A DNA stretch of 64,000 bases, taken from the sequence record NC_019407.1; one strand, given 5' to 3'. Positions within the stretch are counted from its first letter, which is position 1. Each line of letters begins with the position of its first letter. Below the pieces are notes generated by a model. The model was not told where the DNA came from and searched no databases. It saw nothing but the letters and a program-made list of their open reading frames with translations. The position numbers and the translations under genes are program-made. Shown here piece by piece: positions 52,529-62,933 of the stretch.

Positions 52529-55500
52529 ATGTCCCACTCTTTCGATTTCCTCGCCGCGCTGTTCGCGGCGCATGAAGGCCCGATCGCCTTCGAGCACAAC
52601 AACAAGACCGTCAAGACCCGCGATCCCGCGTTCGTGGAAGAGCACGACGGCGAACTCTATGTCTCTCCGACGACCCCGGACGGCCGCGTGGCCTTCGTGT
52701 TCGGCACGGACCAGGACGTCGACGCCGATGTCTGGGAGGCGTTTCGCCTCAAGCCGACCGTCGTCCTGTACAAGGAAAAGACTGGCGACATGATCGTGGC
52801 CTGGGCCTTCGAGGAGACCCAGGAGATCGACGACGTGCGCCGCCTCGCCGAGGCGCTGGGCATGGCCGATCTGGAAGAGCCGATCCCGCTGCCCGGCACC
52901 AACGGCTGGTCGCTGGTCCGCGCCGAGGAGAGCGACTACTACCTCCTCGACGAGGTCGAGCGCGTCTATGCCCCGGCCAAGAAGACCGGCTACGACGACC
53001 CGCCGAAGAACCGGCAAGAAAATCGGCAATTTTCTGACACGCAATCGGCGCAAGCTGCGGAAAAGGCTGGCAAAAAAGCCTCTTCCAAGACCGGCAAAAA
53101 GACCGGCGCCGACGCGCCGCCGTGGGACGAGGACCTCGGGACCTACGCCGACGCCGTGATCAAGCGTCCCTATGACGAGGGCGACCAGGCGCTGGCCCAG
53201 GAGATCATCGTCTCCGTCGGGGCCAACAGCAAGTCGATGAACTGGCAACCCAAGGCCATGCCGCTGGGCGCGTTCGTCGCCCAGTTCTGCCAGCACCGCG
53301 AGGGCGCCAAGGACGGCGTCTCCTTCGTGCTGGGCGACATGGTGCCGGGCCAGCGCAAGAAGACGGCGATCAAGGCCCTCTACGCCGTGGGCCTGGACGT
53401 CGACGTGGGCATGTCCTCGGCGGCGATCGACGCGGCCCTGGCCAAGTTCGGGCGCATGGCCGTCCGCTATACGACCCATTCCCACCTGAAGGCGGTCACC
53501 GACGTCAAGAAGGACGTCCTGATCAAGTGGTGCGAGCAGGAAGCCGACGGCGCCGACTACGAGGAGGACGAGGTCCTCCAGCGCTACTTCCTGGCCAAGG
53601 AACTGATGACCCCGGACGTCGCCAAGACGGTCGAGTTCAACGGGACCGAGCACAAGGACGGCGGCATCATGGTCACCGTCAAGCACGCGCCGATCGCCAA
53701 GCACCGGATCATCGTCCCCCTGGCGGCGGCCTTCGACATCTCCAAGGTCGCGCCGACCCAGAAGGAGGCGATGGACAAGTGGGCCAAGGTCCCGACCGCG
53801 CTCGCCCGCGAACTGGGCGTGCCGCTGGACAAGTCGTGCCTGGACCCCTCGCGCCTGTTCTATCTGCCGCGTCACGCCAAGGGCAAGCCGTTCGAGATCA
53901 GCCTGTTCGGCGGCGACCTGTTCGACTGGAAGAGCCTGACCCTCGACGATCCGTTCGAGGCCGAGATCGCCAAGCTGACCAAGGGGACCAGCAAGTCCAA
54001 GACCGAGGCCGGTCGCAACCTGGGCCGCTGGTCGATGAAGGCCGCCCACGGCTTCCAGGTCGTCCAGGTCATGGAGGAGCACTGCCCCGACAAGCTGCGC
54101 CACCAAGTCTCGGCCGGCTACGAGATCGAGTGCCCGTTCGACGAGCTTCACTCCAACGCCGGCGACACCGAGGATCGCGCCTGTCTGGCGGTCAACGCCG
54201 GCGATGGTCCGAGCGAGTGGTTCACCGTCCGCTGCCAGCACGAGTCCTGCCGCGAGTTCACCAATCTCGACATGCTCGGCAAGATGGTCGAGGACGGCTG
54301 GTTCGACCGCGACGTGCTCGACGACGAGACCTACAACATCGTCGAGGCCGAGAACGCCCCCAACCCGCAGGCGGCCAAGAAGATCGAGAAGGAGGACAAG
54401 GCCAAGGAAGCCTATATGCAGGCGATCTTTGACCTCCCCGAATCCGACTTCACCGACGACGACGTTGAAAAGGTCCTGCGCGTCTGCTGCGAGGCCAATC
54501 TGGGGACCCTGGCCGAGAACAAGGCCAAGGAAGCCCTCAAGGCGCGCCTGGGCGTCACCGGCACGGTGATCAACAAGATGTTCAAGGACATGAAGGCCAC
54601 GGTCGCGCGCGAGCAGAACGCCGAGGGCGCGGTCAAGGACCCGCTGGGCCGCAGCATCTTCGCCTATGCGGGCGAGTTCAACTTCGACGAGGCCTTCGCC
54701 TGCTGCTTCCGCGCGCTGGTCAACACCAACCGCGAGAAGGACCAGCCGATCTTCTCCTGCTTGCAGGACAAGCCCGTGCGCATGGCGCCCGAGCCGGATG
54801 GTCGTCTGAAGTTCACCGAGATCGGCACGGCCGCCTCCATGGGGGCCGAACTGAACGAGCTTGTCACCTTCGTGCGCAAGAACGAGCAGGGCCAGGGCGC
54901 GCGCGGAAGGGTTCCCGACGACGTGGCGCGCCACGTGTTCGAGAAGGCCTACACCCGCCTGCCGCGCACGCCCGAGATCATGTACACCCCGATCTATACG
55001 GCCGAGGGTGACTTGATCCGCAAGCCCGGCTGGTATCAGAACCTCGACATCCTGATGGCCGACATCGGCTTCGACGTTCCGAAGGTGTTCAGCGATCCGA
55101 CGCCCGAGGAGGTCGAGGACGCCGTGAAGCTCCTGACCGACGAGGTCCTGATCGACTTCCCGTTCCTGGACTACGACACCGCCGGCAACGAGCGGCGCGA
55201 GCCGTCCATGGCCAACGCCCTGGCGATGCTGATCACCCCGTTCATGCGCCGCATGATCGATAGCTGCACGCCGGTGTTCTTCGTCTCCAAGCCGACGCCG
55301 GGCACGGGCGGGACCTTCCTGGGGATGGTGCCGATCATCCTGTTCGACGGCGAGGAGCCGGCCCCGATTCGCTACACCCAGAACGAAGAGGAAATGCAGA
55401 AGGCGCTTTTGGCTTCTCTCATGAATTCAAAGGCTTACCTCTTCTTCGACGACGTCAAGGAGTTCAACAACCGGGTGTTGCTGATGGCGATCACCTCGCG

Positions 55501-56185
55501 TTATATTGGTGGTCGCGTCCTCGGCTCCTCGAAGAACATCGAGATGCCGAACAACTCGATCTGGATCGCCACGGGCAACAACCCGCTGATCTCCTCGGAA
55601 ATGGCCCGGCGGGTGGTCGACATCCGCCTCAACGCCAAGACCTCGGACATCCAGAAGCGCACCTACAAGCACCCTGACTACGTCCAGTGGCTCAAGGCCA
55701 ATCGCGGCGAGATCGTCCACGCGATCCTCACCCTGATCGCCCATTGGATCAACTGCGGCATGCCGAAGTTCACGGCCCGCAAGCGCGCGTCGTTCGAGGA
55801 CTGGTCCGAGAAGGTGGGCGGCGTGCTGATGTGCGCCAACATCGAGGGCTTCCTGGACAACCGCCGCTCGGTCGCCGCCGACATGGACGAAGCCGCGATC
55901 AAGCAACTGGTCCGCGACTGGCTGCTCAAGTGGGGCGAGAAGACCCAGGTCAAGATCGCCGACCTGTGGAGCTACGCCTACGACATGGAACTCGACATCG
56001 TTTCGGGGGCCAACGACGACCAGAAGAAGGCCCGCTTCATGCGCATCCTTCCGACCCTGGACGGCCGGACGTTCAAGATGCCGCGCGGCGACTGCATGGT
56101 CCGCGCCGGCTCCGACGCCGACGGCAATGTCACCTATCATCTGGAGCGCCTGAGCGCGACGGAGGAGGTCCTGGAGACTGCCTGA
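52529..56185 (+). CDS. Multidomain primase/primase-helicase (prim-pol, Zn finger, P-loop-like C-terminus)
   Basis: GLDVD, YTTHSH, RIIVPL and DPSRLFYLP prim-pol motifs; CPFDELH...FTVRCQHESC Zn finger; KPTPGTGGT degenerate P-loop. Confidence 0.85.
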   Translation: MSHSFDFLAALFAAHEGPIAFEHNNKTVKTRDPAFVEEHDGELYVSPTTPDGRVAFVFGTDQDVDADVWEAFRLKPTVVLYKEKTGDMIVAWAFEETQEIDDVRRLAEALGMADLEEPIPLPGTNGWSLVRAEESDYYLLDEVERVYAPAKKTGYDDPPKNRQENRQFSDTQSAQAAEKAGKKASSKTGKKTGADAPPWDEDLGTYADAVIKRPYDEGDQALAQEIIVSVGANSKSMNWQPKAMPLGAFVAQFCQHREGAKDGVSFVLGDMVPGQRKKTAIKALYAVGLDVDVGMSSAAIDAALAKFGRMAVRYTTHSHLKAVTDVKKDVLIKWCEQEADGADYEEDEVLQRYFLAKELMTPDVAKTVEFNGTEHKDGGIMVTVKHAPIAKHRIIVPLAAAFDISKVAPTQKEAMDKWAKVPTALARELGVPLDKSCLDPSRLFYLPRHAKGKPFEISLFGGDLFDWKSLTLDDPFEAEIAKLTKGTSKSKTEAGRNLGRWSMKAAHGFQVVQVMEEHCPDKLRHQVSAGYEIECPFDELHSNAGDTEDRACLAVNAGDGPSEWFTVRCQHESCREFTNLDMLGKMVEDGWFDRDVLDDETYNIVEAENAPNPQAAKKIEKEDKAKEAYMQAIFDLPESDFTDDDVEKVLRVCCEANLGTLAENKAKEALKARLGVTGTVINKMFKDMKATVAREQNAEGAVKDPLGRSIFAYAGEFNFDEAFACCFRALVNTNREKDQPIFSCLQDKPVRMAPEPDGRLKFTEIGTAASMGAELNELVTFVRKNEQGQGARGRVPDDVARHVFEKAYTRLPRTPEIMYTPIYTAEGDLIRKPGWYQNLDILMADIGFDVPKVFSDPTPEEVEDAVKLLTDEVLIDFPFLDYDTAGNERREPSMANALAMLITPFMRRMIDSCTPVFFVSKPTPGTGGTFLGMVPIILFDGEEPAPIRYTQNEEEMQKALLASLMNSKAYLFFDDVKEFNNRVLLMAITSRYIGGRVLGSSKNIEMPNNSIWIATGNNPLISSEMARRVVDIRLNAKTSDIQKRTYKHPDYVQWLKANRGEIVHAILTLIAHWINCGMPKFTARKRASFEDWSEKVGGVLMCANIEGFLDNRRSVAADMDEAAIKQLVRDWLLKWGEKTQVKIADLWSYAYDMELDIVSGANDDQKKARFMRILPTLDGRTFKMPRGDCMVRAGSDADGNVTYHLERLSATEEVLETA

Positions 56186-56212
56186 CGGGGGTGAGTGCTC
56201 CAGGCCCACGAG

Positions 56213-56243
56213 AAAGGCCCCAGGATCGCTCCTGGGGCCTTTT
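56213..56243. terminator. Bidirectional intrinsic terminator
   Basis: AAAGGCCCCAGGA-TCGC-TCCTGGGGCCTTTT. Confidence 0.9.
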
Positions 56244-56263
56244 GAGTGTCTGAGGCTGGCCGA

Positions 56264-56608
56264 CTAGAGCCAGATGATCTGAGGGGCCTTGCCGCGCTTC
56301 CTGACGATCTGCACGAGGCCTTCGGCGACGAGCTTGCCATACAGGCGGTCGAGCGAGGCGGTCTTGGTCCGGCCTTTGTCCCCGGCTTGCTGGCGCCGGC
56401 GCGCCTTGCGGTTCTGCGCCTCCCGTCCGTAGGTCATCTCGATCCCGGTCTGGAGGTCCTGGCGCGTCAGCTTGCCGCTGGCGAGGGCTTGATCGAGCAC
56501 CGCCACGGCCTCGGGCGGGTACTTCTCCCGCGCGGCCTTCAGATAGGCCGCCTTCTCCTCGGGCGACAGGGTTTCGACGGGGTCTTGTTCGGGGGTCGGC
56601 GCGGTCAT
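56264..56608 (-). CDS. Hypothetical protein
   Basis: GGAGA RBS; high GC3 from ATG 56608. Confidence 0.72.
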   Translation of the reverse strand: MTAPTPEQDPVETLSPEEKAAYLKAAREKYPPEAVAVLDQALASGKLTRQDLQTGIEMTYGREAQNRKARRRQQAGDKGRTKTASLDRLYGKLVAEGLVQIVRKRGKAPQIIWL

Positions 56609-56723
56609 GAAAATCTCCAGGCGCGGGAATGTCACCCCTGATGACACACCCAGCACGAGACGTAAAGTGTTGACAGACGACACTCGAAGCCGGTATTGAA
56701 ACTCCTGTACGGTAAGGGAAAAC

Positions 56724-57323
56724 ATGATCGACGACGATTCAGACTGGCAGGAAGGCGAGCTTTCGCCGCCCCGCGCCCCGATCACCACCAAGGACCTGAC
56801 GGCCGCCGCCCAGAGCGTCGCCGGCGGGCGCATGGCGGCGATGCGGGCGGCCGGAGAATCCCATCGACGCGATTTCCTGATCCTGCGCGGGCCGCTGGGC
56901 GTCGTCCGGCTCTCGTTCGCGCATGTTCCGGTCCTCCAGGCGCTTTGGCGTGTCTGGGCTCGCAAGCGGCTCCAGCGGATCGATGATCCCGGCGCCAATC
57001 TTGCAGAGATCGGAGCCGAGATGGGTTTGGAGGTCAGCGCGGTCCGCCCGGTGATCACCAGCCTGCACAAGAACCGACTGATCCGCACGCGCCGCAGCCA
57101 CCACGGCTGGCAGGGCGTGCGGGCGACCTACTACCCGTCGGAGATCGCCGTCCAGGCCCTGGGCTTGGCGGAGGTCCTCGGCCCTGGTCACGCCGTCCAG
57201 GTGGGGCGTAACGCCTCGGCCTGGGCGAGCCGCAGCCAGACCGAGCCCGGCAACCTGTTCCAACACGCCGCGCTGTTGCGGGGCGGGGCTCATGCCAGGG
57301 CCTACGATTCGGAGTATTCATGA
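56724..57323 (+). CDS. Winged-helix (MarR-like) DNA-binding protein
   Basis: LAEIGAEMGLEVSAVRPVITSLHKNRLIRT. Confidence 0.7.
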   Translation: MIDDDSDWQEGELSPPRAPITTKDLTAAAQSVAGGRMAAMRAAGESHRRDFLILRGPLGVVRLSFAHVPVLQALWRVWARKRLQRIDDPGANLAEIGAEMGLEVSAVRPVITSLHKNRLIRTRRSHHGWQGVRATYYPSEIAVQALGLAEVLGPGHAVQVGRNASAWASRSQTEPGNLFQHAALLRGGAHARAYDSEYS

Positions 57324-57324
57324 A

Positions 57325-57741
57325 ATGCCGCAAACCGCGAAAGACCTCAAAGCCGCCGACGTCCAGCCCGCCGGGGCTAAGGGAAGCGCGCAGCCTGGAG
57401 GTGCTGAAGGGGCGGCCTCCACGGGTGCGGTCCTTCTGAGCAAGGAGGCCATCGGCCAGATCGGCGAAGCCCTCGGCGGCCGGACCCATTGGCAGGCCTC
57501 GATCGCGCGTCGGGTCGGCGTCTCCAAGTCGCAGATCACCCGCTATCTCAACGGCGATCGCACGCCCAACACCGCCCTGGGCGACATCTTCATGGACCTG
57601 ATCGTCGGGAACATCGAGGAACTGTCCGACCTCCTGAGCACGCCCGGCCTGCCCGAGGCCGAGGGCGCGGTGGTCGCCGAAGCCCAGCGCCACATCCAGC
57701 AAGCCGTGCAGTTGCTGCGCGACAAAATCCTGTATTCCTGA
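57325..57741 (+). CDS. XRE-like HTH protein
   Basis: WQASIARRVGVSKSQITRYLNGDRTP. Confidence 0.78.
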   Translation: MPQTAKDLKAADVQPAGAKGSAQPGGAEGAASTGAVLLSKEAIGQIGEALGGRTHWQASIARRVGVSKSQITRYLNGDRTPNTALGDIFMDLIVGNIEELSDLLSTPGLPEAEGAVVAEAQRHIQQAVQLLRDKILYS

Positions 57742-57749
57742 GGTCCCGC

Positions 57750-58220
57750 ATGTCCCTGATCGAGAAGCTCAACAACGACGCCCTGGCCGCCCGCAAGGCG
57801 GCGATGCGCAAGGAAGCCGGCGGCGAGCACGCCGTTCTCCTGGCGACGGTCGCGGCGGACGCCGCCATGATCGCCAAGAACGACCGCCAGACCCCCGGCC
57901 GCGACGTCACGGACGAGGACGTCGTCGCCACGCTGAAGAAGCACATCGGCGGCATCGACACCACCCTGGCGGAACTGACCAAGCGCGGCCGGTCCGAGGA
58001 GGAGCAGTCGCGCTTCATCGTCGAGCGCCGGCGCCTGGAGGCCTATCTGCCCCAGACCCTGTCGGGCGGCGATCTGACCGACGCGATCCACGCCACGGCC
58101 GCCAAGCTCGGCGTCGACCTGCACGTCAAGAGCACCAAGGCGATCGTCGCCGATCTGCAAGAGCAGTTCCCTGGCCAGATTGATTCTTCGGAAGTCGCGC
58201 GCTATCTTAAGAACGTCTGA
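57750..58220 (+). CDS. GatB/YqeY domain protein
   Basis: TDEDVVATLKKHI...LEAYLPQTLS signature. Confidence 0.85.
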   Translation: MSLIEKLNNDALAARKAAMRKEAGGEHAVLLATVAADAAMIAKNDRQTPGRDVTDEDVVATLKKHIGGIDTTLAELTKRGRSEEEQSRFIVERRRLEAYLPQTLSGGDLTDAIHATAAKLGVDLHVKSTKAIVADLQEQFPGQIDSSEVARYLKNV

Positions 58221-58247
58221 TCCCAGACGAAATCCCAGTCAGAACTT

Positions 58248-58278
58248 AAAAGGCCCCGGAGCGATCCGGGGCCTTCTT
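58248..58278. terminator. Bidirectional intrinsic terminator
   Basis: AAAAGGCCCCGGA-GCGA-TCCGGGGCCTTCTT. Confidence 0.88.
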
Positions 58279-58298
58279 CTATGCGTGGATCGGAAGTC

Positions 58299-59369
58299 CT
58301 ACGCCGCTTCCGTCTCGGGACCATCCTCGATCCAGGCCGCATAGAGGTCCTCCAGGACCTTGACGCGGGCCGGGTCCATGTCGGACGGATCGCGGATGCC
58401 TTCGAAGACCCCATGGCGCGGCAGGTCATAGTCGCCGGCCAGGGCGTAGCTCATCTTGATGAACTTCCCCAGCGGCGGGTTGTCATAGAACTCCGCCTTC
58501 TGCTTGGCGTTGAGCCCCGAGGCGACCCTGGCGACCTTGCCCGGCCATTCGGGGAACAGGACCAGGAGCCCGCCGGCGATCCCCTTGGCGACCTTGCCGG
58601 CCTTGTGGGTCGAGCGCTTGGTGTAGCCGCGCTCGTCGAGCGTGGCCTCGTTGGTGTTGGCCTTCTCCTCGTAGCGTCCGATGCAGACACCCTCCAGGTC
58701 GGCCTTGTCCTTGGCCTTGACGTTGAACCCCTCCAGGACGGTCGAGCGGCCGGGCTTGTAGGGCGCGTCCAGCGAGCAGAAGATCAGACCCTCGTCGTCG
58801 TTTTCGAGGGCCTCATAGAACATCGCCACCGCCTCCTGGGCGTTCTTGAGCAGGCGTTGCTCCAGGATGACCACCCAGGACGGCAGCGACAACTCCAGGG
58901 CCTTCAGGGCGTCCAGACGCTCGGTCTTGCCGCCCGGCGCCAGGAAGTGCTCGAAGACATAGTAGCGGATGTCCGGCTCGCCTTCCTGGGTCATGACCGC
59001 CGAGGTCGACCCCCGGAAGTTCAGCTTGCCGTCGGTCAGGATGCCGATCTCGCCGTCCAGGCCGTGGGGCAGGGTCGACAGCAGCCGCCGCACGTGGTGA
59101 TTGGGGATGTACTTCAGCGACCGGGTGATCCCGTGGCCGATCTCGTCGGCCTCCAGGGTGATCCAGCCGGCCTCGGTGTGGACGAGGGAGGTCTCGATCT
59201 TGTCGGGGTGGACGGGCGACACGCTGGCCCGCACCCCGTCCTTCTTGAACGAGGCGTAGCAGGGGAACTGGATGCGGGCCTCGAACTCCTCGGGACGCAC
59301 CGAGTCGGTGTCGGCCAGGGCGATCCGGAACCGCTTGTAGGGCTTGAAAGGCTTGGGTTTCTTGGTCAT
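58299..59369 (-). CDS. ATP-dependent DNA ligase
   Basis: KKDGVR (motif I), LDGEI, EGLIF, YKPGRS and VKAK motifs; OB fold ending PRH. Confidence 0.92.
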   Translation of the reverse strand: MTKKPKPFKPYKRFRIALADTDSVRPEEFEARIQFPCYASFKKDGVRASVSPVHPDKIETSLVHTEAGWITLEADEIGHGITRSLKYIPNHHVRRLLSTLPHGLDGEIGILTDGKLNFRGSTSAVMTQEGEPDIRYYVFEHFLAPGGKTERLDALKALELSLPSWVVILEQRLLKNAQEAVAMFYEALENDDEGLIFCSLDAPYKPGRSTVLEGFNVKAKDKADLEGVCIGRYEEKANTNEATLDERGYTKRSTHKAGKVAKGIAGGLLVLFPEWPGKVARVASGLNAKQKAEFYDNPPLGKFIKMSYALAGDYDLPRHGVFEGIRDPSDMDPARVKVLEDLYAAWIEDGPETEAA

Positions 59370-59818
59370 CTCAACTTCCCCTCGATCAGTTTGAGGCCGG
59401 GCTGGTCCCGGTTCATTTGGTAGACGATGTAGCGATCGCCGCTGAACTCGACGCTGTAGACCGTCATGCCGGCGTCGAGGCACTGCATCCACATGTGCCG
59501 CGTCCCCGGCCCGCCGGGGAAGGCCACGCAGACGTTGGCCCCGCTCTCCACGCGCATCCGGGTGTTGCGGTTCTTGGGCGCGTCGTCGCCCTCGCCATCC
59601 AGGAGCGGATCGACCTTGTAGACCTCGGTGGCGAAGCCCCACTTCTCGGCCCAGGCGCGGCAGAGCCGGTCGTAGCCCTCGGCGTCGCCGTCGACCCAGA
59701 CCATGTCGCGCGGCCAGCGCAGCATCGAGACCAGGGCCGACAGGACCAGACGCGGGGCCTGCTCGACGACCCCGACCCGGCCGCCGCAGACCAACGCCTT
59801 GAACGGATCAGGCTTCAT
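59366..59818 (-). CDS. YspA/SLOG-family protein
   Basis: LVCGGR, GDAEGYD...W, RNTRM and AFPGGPGT motifs. Confidence 0.8.
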   Translation of the reverse strand: MKPDPFKALVCGGRVGVVEQAPRLVLSALVSMLRWPRDMVWVDGDAEGYDRLCRAWAEKWGFATEVYKVDPLLDGEGDDAPKNRNTRMRVESGANVCVAFPGGPGTRHMWMQCLDAGMTVYSVEFSGDRYIVYQMNRDQPGLKLIEGKLR

Positions 59819-61454
59819 CGCCGAAAATCTCCGGATCGAGCACGTCTTCCTCCATGTCGATGAACCCCTGTAGCGGCTGGCGCGGCTCGACGCGCCTGTT
59901 CTCCAGCATGATCTCGTCATGCACCCGCATCTGCGGGATGTAGTCGTACTCGAAGCGCCGCTGCCGGCGTCCGAGCGCGTCGAGGCTCAGATGGCGCCCG
60001 TGATGGTGCCCGTGATGGTGCTGGGCGTCGGACAGGAATTCCTGATAGGCGGCCCGCGTCGAGGCGGCATGGCTGGTGGCGTCGGACAGCGCGGCGGTCA
60101 GGGGCTTGAACGAGGTGGCTCCGTCGCTCATCTCGGTGATGGTATCGAAGAAAGGCTCCAGGTCCGCCACCCCGCGCGGGCCGATCCCCAGCCATCCCGC
60201 CAGCCGCTCGGGCTTGACGTCGTAGCACGAGCCGTCGATCGCCCAGGCGCCCTCCTTGGGGTCCCAGGCCCAGGGCGCGTCGTTCATCGTCGCCAACACC
60301 CCGAAGGCGTCGCAGCGGTCCTTGCCGTCGCGCAGCACCCCGTAGCCGAACTTGGCCTTGCCAAGCATCGTGGTCCATTCGAGCAACACCGTCGGCTCGA
60401 TGTTCAGCGCCGAAAGATGCCGGGCCAGACGGCGCGTGTTGGCGGAGGCCGGCGAGGAAATGCCCAGCACGTCGTGCTCGAAGATCGCCCAGTCCTCGTA
60501 GTCGGCGAACCGGCAATGTTCGGGATAGTCCTCGAACACGCGGTCGCGGTCGTATTTCGGATCGTAGATGTCGCGGAAGTCGTAGTGCCGCCCGCCGCCG
60601 CGAATCAGGGTGGGGTTCGTGTTGAGCCTCAGGGCGTAGCCAAGTTCGATGTAGCGATTTTGGCGCTCGGCCGCGCGTCCCAGCGTCGAGGAATCAGGCA
60701 TCCAGCACCCGGTCCACTCCCCTTCCGGTCCCCAGATGAACAACTGCGCGATCTCCGGGCGGATGTTACGAAGGTGCGGCTCGGTGGGCGGCAGATAATA
60801 GGCCAGATCACCGATCTTGAACCGCATGCTCTGGACGTGCTGTTCGTAGCGGCGCACGGCGTCGTTATAGCGACCGCCTGAAAAAGGCTCGATCATCCTG
60901 GTCGCCATCGCGTAGTCCTTACTCATCAGCCAGTCCATGGCTTGCTTCTGATAGGGGTAGGGCTGAAAGGCCTTGACCATCTTCTGGCTTATGACCGTCT
61001 CGGACTTCAGTATCTGAGCCATGGTCTCCTGGAGGCGCGACTTGCCGGCTTGCCGGGGCGCGACGAGGAGGTCGCCCAGGCCCAGGGTGGTGTCCTCGAT
61101 GATCTTGAGATCGTTCCAGGACGTCGCGTGCGCGGTGACGCTTCCCACGGGCGAAGCGGGGTCGACCCCGAGGATCATCTTGCCGATCTTGTGGTCGAAC
61201 GCCGCCACGATCTGCTCGATCTTCGAGAGCGGCGCGGTGTCGTCGAGGGGATAGGCCACATCGAGCGTGCTCGCCGGCAGCGGCGGCTTGGCGTAGGCTT
61301 CCCGCAGCTTCATGAGCGCGTCGGCCGCCTTGCCGGTCGGGGCGATGACCTGGGCGATCGCCGTTTCCGGCGGACGGGCGGTCTTGCCGCCCAGGCCCAG
61401 ATTGCTCAGGAAGGCCGGCTCAGGCGGAACGGAGGGGGACGACAGGCTGATCAC
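59808..61454 (-). CDS. Large hypothetical protein (start uncertain: GTG 61454 or ATG 61313)
   Basis: About 500 codons of high GC3; no family recognised. Confidence 0.7.
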   Translation of the reverse strand: MISLSSPSVPPEPAFLSNLGLGGKTARPPETAIAQVIAPTGKAADALMKLREAYAKPPLPASTLDVAYPLDDTAPLSKIEQIVAAFDHKIGKMILGVDPASPVGSVTAHATSWNDLKIIEDTTLGLGDLLVAPRQAGKSRLQETMAQILKSETVISQKMVKAFQPYPYQKQAMDWLMSKDYAMATRMIEPFSGGRYNDAVRRYEQHVQSMRFKIGDLAYYLPPTEPHLRNIRPEIAQLFIWGPEGEWTGCWMPDSSTLGRAAERQNRYIELGYALRLNTNPTLIRGGGRHYDFRDIYDPKYDRDRVFEDYPEHCRFADYEDWAIFEHDVLGISSPASANTRRLARHLSALNIEPTVLLEWTTMLGKAKFGYGVLRDGKDRCDAFGVLATMNDAPWAWDPKEGAWAIDGSCYDVKPERLAGWLGIGPRGVADLEPFFDTITEMSDGATSFKPLTAALSDATSHAASTRAAYQEFLSDAQHHHGHHHGRHLSLDALGRRQRRFEYDYIPQMRVHDEIMLENRRVEPRQPLQGFIDMEEDVLDPEIFGDEA

Positions 61455-62058
61455 CTCGGAGATAGAGGGGATGGCGCGGGTGGCCGTCCTTGGACTTCCC
61501 GAGGCACTTGACCTCGACCCCGGTGATTTCCGCCTGCTGGACCGCGCCATAATCCTGATCCTTGAACTCTCCATGCACGCCCCAGGCGGCGATCACGTCG
61601 GCGCCGGCGGTCATGGCATATTCGAACACGTGCTGGAGGACGCGGGCGTTCATCGGCCCGATCGGGTCCTCGGCCGCCTTCATCGCCGCCGGAGAGGGCG
61701 AGCGAAAGGCGAAGAGATTGGCGACGATGATCCCGCCATAGTCATCCCGACGAGCAAAGCCCATGCAGCGGCGGATCGTCGGATCGTCCAGCCGCGCCGT
61801 CGCGGTCGACGGGTTCAGCATCAGGAAGATCAGCAGCGGCTTGCCGGGGTCCCAGACCCGCATGAGGAGGTAGCGGAAGGTCTCGCACCGCGACAGCAGG
61901 GCGGCCTTGATCACGCCCTCCTCCACCACCGCGTCGCCGTAGACGTCGGTCAGGTCGGGATCGAACACGGCCTCCAGCGAGGTTCCGTCCAGAACCTGGA
62001 GCAGGCCTTTCCAGGTGGCTTCCGCCACGTCGGCGTCGATCTGGGGTGCTGTCGTCAT
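61420..62058 (-). CDS. DUF1643 family protein
   Basis: RYLLMRVWD, FLMLNPSTA, DDPTIRRC, NLFAFRS, AAWG and PRHPLY motifs. Confidence 0.9.
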   Translation of the reverse strand: MTTAPQIDADVAEATWKGLLQVLDGTSLEAVFDPDLTDVYGDAVVEEGVIKAALLSRCETFRYLLMRVWDPGKPLLIFLMLNPSTATARLDDPTIRRCMGFARRDDYGGIIVANLFAFRSPSPAAMKAAEDPIGPMNARVLQHVFEYAMTAGADVIAAWGVHGEFKDQDYGAVQQAEITGVEVKCLGKSKDGHPRHPLYLRGDQPVVPLRSA

Positions 62059-62105
62059 TCCTGACATTTGCCCTGAAACGCCAGGGCCTGTCAACGCTTG
62101 AAATC

Positions 62106-62136
62106 AAAAGGGCCGCCCCAGCGGGACGGCCCTTTC
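62106..62136. terminator. Intrinsic terminator
   Basis: AAAAGGGCCGCCC-CAGC-GGGACGGCCCTTT. Confidence 0.85.
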
Positions 62137-62356
62137 TCGATCTTGTCGAACTTCGCCGATCCGAAACCGGGGCTTCCCGGCGACCGCCTCGGAGTTCGAC
62201 CTTGTAGCGCCTTTAACGCTTGCCCCGCGTCGCGGCTTGGGAGCACCGAGCCTTGACGCTGATCTAGTGGGCGGCAGGTGATCGCGGCGGTCATTGCCTC
62301 CTTCAAGGGCGAGGCCCTCTCATGCCCGCGCAGCTTAGGCGGCGGCGCGGGTCACG

Positions 62357-62719
62357 TCAATCCCCCGGATAGCTGGCGCAGACCTCGCGCAGGATCGAGC
62401 GCAGCGGCTCGCCCGGCACCGCCAGGGGCTTGAGCTTGCGGCTCTCGTCCCAGGCCATGGCGTTGGCGTGCAGGAGCCAGAGGACGAAGGCGCGCAGGTC
62501 CTTGGCCCCGTCGGGCAGCGGGATGCCGCGCGCGGTGGGGACGTGGAAGACTCGCCCATCATCCGTGTACGCGAGAACCTCGTCGAGCACCGTGGCCCGC
62601 TTCTTGGCCTCGGCGAGGACAGCGACACCTTTCTGGAACTCACTGACCTGGATGAGCGCCCGACGCTCCTTAGGGAAGTGGGTCTTGGTCCACCAGGAGG
62701 GCTTGCTGTTTGAGGACAC
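62357..62719 (-). CDS. Hypothetical protein
   Basis: GGAG RBS, GTG start. Confidence 0.65.
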   Translation of the reverse strand: MSSNSKPSWWTKTHFPKERRALIQVSEFQKGVAVLAEAKKRATVLDEVLAYTDDGRVFHVPTARGIPLPDGAKDLRAFVLWLLHANAMAWDESRKLKPLAVPGEPLRSILREVCASYPGD

Positions 62720-62933
62720 GGTTACGCTCCAGGAGGGCACGCAGCGAGGGGATGTCGCCGTCCGCCATCTGGTAGAGGCGGACGAACTCGTCGTAGTCGT
62801 ACTCGTTGATGAGGTCCCGCATCGCCTGCGGGAGCTTGTCGATGGTCTTGAAGAGCCGGCGCCGATAGCGCTGGGCCTCCATGCGCCGGCGGATGGCGGC
62901 GTGGCGCGTCTTGGCCGCCCGAACGCGCCGCAT
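62670..62933 (-). CDS. Small basic hypothetical protein
   Basis: ATG overlaps the upstream stop (TGATG). Confidence 0.65.
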   Translation of the reverse strand: MRRVRAAKTRHAAIRRRMEAQRYRRRLFKTIDKLPQAMRDLINEYDYDEFVRLYQMADGDIPSLRALLERNRVLKQQALLVDQDPLP